A DNA stretch of 61,807 bases, the filler included. It is 8 parts of 8 records of this genome, joined end to end, with 100 filler letters (N's around TTAATTAATTAA, not from the genome) between each part and the next. Parts side by side here need not be neighbours in the genome. Positions count along the whole stretch, not along the records: positions 56,281 to 61,807 come from DRR723986_13660; 7 more parts are not named here. One strand, given 5' to 3'. The notes under the pieces are model-generated. The model was given only the letters and a program-made list of their open reading frames with translations, did no database searches and was not told the DNA's origin. Positions 59,201-61,807 of the stretch are shown here, piece by piece. Every line of letters starts with the position of its first letter. Position 1 is the first letter of the stretch. A program made the position numbers and the translations under genes.

Positions 59201-61807
59201 AGGTGCGCGTGTCCAGCAAGGTCAGCCGCGTGCGCGGGTTCACGCTGCGGCCGTCGTTCACCACGCGCGCCTTCAAGGTCGGGCTGCGCAAGGTGGGGTC
59301 GTCGTCGTCCGACCCCTCGCACGGCATCTACTTCACCGCCGACGGCCAGCTGCGCGTGCTGGACAACGGCGTGGACGTGGGCGTGCAGGGCTCGTACTCG
59401 GCGCTGGAGCAGTTCACGGTGATGCTGACGCTGGACGCCCGGCTGCAGATCCTCCGCGGCGACCGCCTCACGGGGACGGTGCTGTACACGTCGTCCAACG
59501 ACCTCGAGGCGCTGGGCCAGTTCCCGTTGGAGGCCAGCATCTCGCTGTTCACGCCGCTGGCCAAGCTGGAGAGCTCCAAGTGGGTGGTGATCGCGGCGTG
59601 CGGCGACTCGCCCATGTCGTCGGCCAACCTCATGGACTGCGACGTGCCGCTGCAAGGCGCCGTGTGCACCCTGATGTGCGGTGCCGGCTTCCGCGGCGGT
59701 GCCACGTCCTACGTGTGCACAAGCGACTCGGAGTGGGTTCCCGAGCGCCTGGAGCTGGAGTGCGTGCCGCTGTGCGACGTGCCGTGCGTCAACGGCAACT
59801 GCACGGGGCCCAACGAGTGCACGTGCGAGCCCGGGTGGAGGGGCGACCTCTGCGAGGAGCTGGTCAACTGCAGCTCCCCCGCCTTCCCCTTCACCACGTT
59901 CGGCGCGTGCCCCAACACCACGTACGGGTACGTGTGCGGGGCGTCGTGCGACGCGGGGTACGGTCCCGGCGACTACGACTTTGTGTGCGACCGCTACGGC
60001 AACTGGTCCGTGGCCGACGGCAGCGAGCACGACTGCTCGCCCATCTGCGACCCGCCGTGCGTCAACGGCGGCGAGTGCACGGAGCCGTACCACTGCGAGT
60101 GCCCGATCGGCTGGGAGGGCGGCGACTGCTCGGTGCGCGTGGACTGCGGCCAGTTGGACACCAGCCTGCACGCCGTGCTGCCCGGCTCGTGCGACACCAC
60201 GTACTCGCAAGCGTGCACGGCCAGCTGCGCCGAGGGCTACACGGGCTTCAACGTCAACCTGGTGTGCGGCGCCGACGGCGAGTGGTTCTCCCCCGAGTCG
60301 GAGGAGCTGGTGTGCTTCATCAAGAACTGCGGTGCGCCGCCCTCGGACCAGCTGCCCTCGGCCGGGCTGTTCGGCTCGTGCCCTGTCACCACGTACGGGT
60401 CCGTGTGCGTTGCCGGGTGCCGCGTGGGCTGGGAGGCGCGCAGCGTGGACTACACGTGCGGTGCGGACGGGCAGTGGCACGCGGACAGCTCGTACGAGTG
60501 CGTGCCCGTCACGTGCGAGGAGCCGCCTGCGGGCATTGAGCTCGTGGACTGCAACGCCAACAGCTACCTCACCAAGTGCCAGGGCATCTGCGCCAACAAC
60601 TACTTTGGCGCTGAGCGCACGTACACGTGCAACGAGTTCGGGGTGTGGAGCGCCAGCGCCGTGACCACGTGCGTGCCCATGTGCACGCAGGAGTGCTTGA
60701 ACGGTGGCGTGTGCTCGGCGCCCGACCTGTGCGACTGCCCCAACGGCTGGCTCAACCTGGCCAACGTCACGCAGTACGACTGCTCCACGCGCACCAACTG
60801 CGGGGACATCGTGCCGTTCGCAAACTCCACCGTCGGCCCTTGCAGCGACACGCAGTACGGCCAGGAGTGCACCACCACGTGCGACGTGGGCTTCGACGGC
60901 GGTGCCGAGACGCACGAGTGCATGGAGGACGGGCTGTGGAGCCCGCTGCCGTCCACCCACGAGTGCGTGATCCGCGACTGCGGTGCGCTGGTCATCACGA
61001 ACGCCACCACCACGTGCGCCACCACCACGGACGACGGCGGCAACCAGATCGACGTCACCACGTTCACGGCCACGTGCGACGTGCAGTGCGACACAGGCTA
61101 CGCCCCGCAGCGCGCGAGCACGTACCGCTGCTCTGCGGACCGCGTGTGGACCACCGATCGCCCGCTGGAGTGCTCGCCGGTGTGCAACCCCGCGTGCGTC
61201 AACGGCGAGTGCGTGCTCCCCAACACGTGCTCGTGCTACGCTGGGTGGGAGGGCGCCCTGTGTGATGTGCGCAAGGACTGCGGGGCAATCGTGGTGGAGG
61301 ACGCGACCGTGACCTGCCGTCGCGACCTGCTCGGCTCGTCCACCACGTACTCGGCAAAGTGCACTGCCGCGTGCAAGCCCGGCTACTCGGGCGGCTCGTC
61401 GCAGCACACGTGCACTGGCGCCTGGAGCCCCGCGGTGTCGCTGACGTGCGAGCCCGTGTGCTCGCAAGGCCCGTGCCAGAACGGCGGCGAGTGCGTGCTC
61501 CCCGACACGTGCCAGTGCCCGGAGGGCTGGGAGGGCGCCGACTGCTCCGTGCGCAAGGACTGCGGTCCGCTGATCGTCCCCCACACCCAGACGCAGTGCC
61601 AGAACACCACGTTCGGCAACGACTGCGAGGCGACGTGCGCCGTGGGCTACGAGACGGACAGCGGTTCGTACCACTGCGGCGACAACAAGATGTGGGCGCC
61701 CGTGGACGAGTCGCTCCATTGCGTGCTGGTGGACTGCCACGCGCTCACGGCCCCAGCCCAGGCAAGCCTTCTCAACTGCGGCAACACGGTGTACAGCTCG
61801 CAGTGCC
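56281..61807 (+). CDS. Large extracellular protein fragment (1842 codons, both ends truncated): six full ~178-aa beta-rich repeats, then interleaved six-Cys Sushi/CCP and EGF modules; probably eukaryotic
   Basis: Manual translation from 56281 (VYTSEATVTSAKLPL...) found no stop; third positions are almost all G/C; EGF e.g. CVNGNCTGPNECTCEPGWRGDLC; Sushi e.g. C..C..C...C..GY....C...G.W....C. Confidence 0.88.
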   Translation, partial: MYTSEATVTSAKLPLVFRASMYSFQSGIREARWIGRPYPAAHTVVPGDKVDWTGSYPYWHSMDHHVPGTVVKRYNSNSPNGFLVATDTIESPTGPVVGVHFEVESSSKEFRIGFIPTDPSRCANNVYSNLLSYGFGMAFVSAGNKGEVQILGQSNYFVGFNQGDEVEIRVNGEAGEYWMEFVMNGLVFFTQPLSSLDFPMRLGLVMTHYTTTLTNMHWISSDMFAASAVSPGDPVRWKFNSAYASFDPTEGSLEQTTGTALYATAGTTFTVDGFIRGVAFKAPRNDMSATVSFIAHPYTTSYTPRFGLTFSTNARIVAIDNAISTDLVGAFSPDDEFELRLNEAFRFEVVRNGFILYTSILEMKDDDEFPLMLAVRLAGNAKVSDATWISSTMFAVERSVRAGQAVRWAGSLSANLVVADEDTASLVLLDTNSPSTCTAVVSSEGYIQSASADVRGLTFTPRYNDKGARVGLGRVKNDAGALANILWAFDLGSDGSLTVIDRGNSRGVVGSFSALDKLELRMNSDNHVEFVKSGTVLFTSNDAVYVNDYPLMAGVGLCAKLTKVEGITWINAEMFTPARTIVSGDHVMWTGLDLAVLQDDPASGTLEKVGTSSSWDGEATSEGRIRSISSLSIRGITFVAAFNTKRVLVGVGSGGTVGFGVQLNEDGQITVKDFADGSAAEKVGGYLPGDVVFVKLNTNNNFEVGREGVSLFVSDKIVRQRDLPLALIAQFYTPDARIEDPTWYTAAQMPAPVVLAGGDTVLWTGYTDPTVLSVDRSSGAAQKLGSSTSYTGYCISSETRLLAGTGTIRGFRFVMPQNSKELRVGFALVGSSDTNTQFGMVLESTGWISAVVDGTKLTSNFVAAYSTGESVELRFNDNNQLELVRRGYVVHVTDALDAAADFPLVAQACFKDPGGRIEAVQWIDKSQFAQEPAVGDGQSISWQVLQGDLAVDYRTGTTAKFGTENNWDTSGISEVRVSSKVSRVRGFTLRPSFTTRAFKVGLRKVGSSSSDPSHGIYFTADGQLRVLDNGVDVGVQGSYSALEQFTVMLTLDARLQILRGDRLTGTVLYTSSNDLEALGQFPLEASISLFTPLAKLESSKWVVIAACGDSPMSSANLMDCDVPLQGAVCTLMCGAGFRGGATSYVCTSDSEWVPERLELECVPLCDVPCVNGNCTGPNECTCEPGWRGDLCEELVNCSSPAFPFTTFGACPNTTYGYVCGASCDAGYGPGDYDFVCDRYGNWSVADGSEHDCSPICDPPCVNGGECTEPYHCECPIGWEGGDCSVRVDCGQLDTSLHAVLPGSCDTTYSQACTASCAEGYTGFNVNLVCGADGEWFSPESEELVCFIKNCGAPPSDQLPSAGLFGSCPVTTYGSVCVAGCRVGWEARSVDYTCGADGQWHADSSYECVPVTCEEPPAGIELVDCNANSYLTKCQGICANNYFGAERTYTCNEFGVWSASAVTTCVPMCTQECLNGGVCSAPDLCDCPNGWLNLANVTQYDCSTRTNCGDIVPFANSTVGPCSDTQYGQECTTTCDVGFDGGAETHECMEDGLWSPLPSTHECVIRDCGALVITNATTTCATTTDDGGNQIDVTTFTATCDVQCDTGYAPQRASTYRCSADRVWTTDRPLECSPVCNPACVNGECVLPNTCSCYAGWEGALCDVRKDCGAIVVEDATVTCRRDLLGSSTTYSAKCTAACKPGYSGGSSQHTCTGAWSPAVSLTCEPVCSQGPCQNGGECVLPDTCQCPEGWEGADCSVRKDCGPLIVPHTQTQCQNTTFGNDCEATCAVGYETDSGSYHCGDNKMWAPVDESLHCVLVDCHALTAPAQASLLNCGNTVYSSQC

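Noticed and set aside
56938-61740. 1600-aa minus-strand ORF and the 670/677-aa plus-strand off-frame ORFs
   Set aside because: These are shadows of the real frame starting at 56281. Extreme third-position GC removes stops from other frames, and the translations are low-complexity R/A/G/V/H.

Overview
This window is not one replicon. It is eight unrelated contigs joined by 100-nt N spacers containing TTAATTAATTAA, which looks like a metagenome concatenation; host assignments below are inferred from gene content and composition. (1) 1-5687, gammaproteobacterium (Halieaceae-like): DUF853/HerA-like ATPase, neutral Zn peptidase, WS/DGAT with a basic histone-like tail, M20 peptidase. (2) 5788-15803, AT-rich Bacteroidota (Algoriphagus-like): ECF sigma, FecR and two solenoid/beta-barrel surface proteins, a Ser-less ACP-like gene sharing a promoter motif with the sigma gene, L-rhamnose isomerase, NCS1-like permease; a 28-bp inverted repeat lies at or near both ends. 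(3) 15904-26981, unassigned bacterium: five-gene MoxR-vWA-beta-propeller-type operon and two secreted proteins, bounded by a GTAG/CTAC palindromic repeat. (4) 27082-32685, Marinobacter-like: MMPL, Spy/CpxP, rbgA, fnr with a perfect FNR box, degenerate RmlD-like gene. (5) 32786-43262, Rhodobacteraceae: four-gene glycan-modifying cassette next to lspA-DUF3035-M16-M16. (6) 43363-50075, Rhodobacteraceae, mostly housekeeping. (7) 50176-56180, Rhodobacteraceae: LysR, dihydropyrimidinase, one-Cys racemase-fold enzyme, TRAP transporter, amidase. (8) 56281-61807, probably eukaryotic: one uninterrupted 1842-codon ORF, absent from the ORF track, with tandem ~178-aa beta domains followed by six-Cys Sushi and EGF modules. 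The best candidates for undescribed biology are the contig-2 ECF signalling module, the selectin-like giant protein and the MoxR operon. No database searches were run; family names come from recognised motifs.
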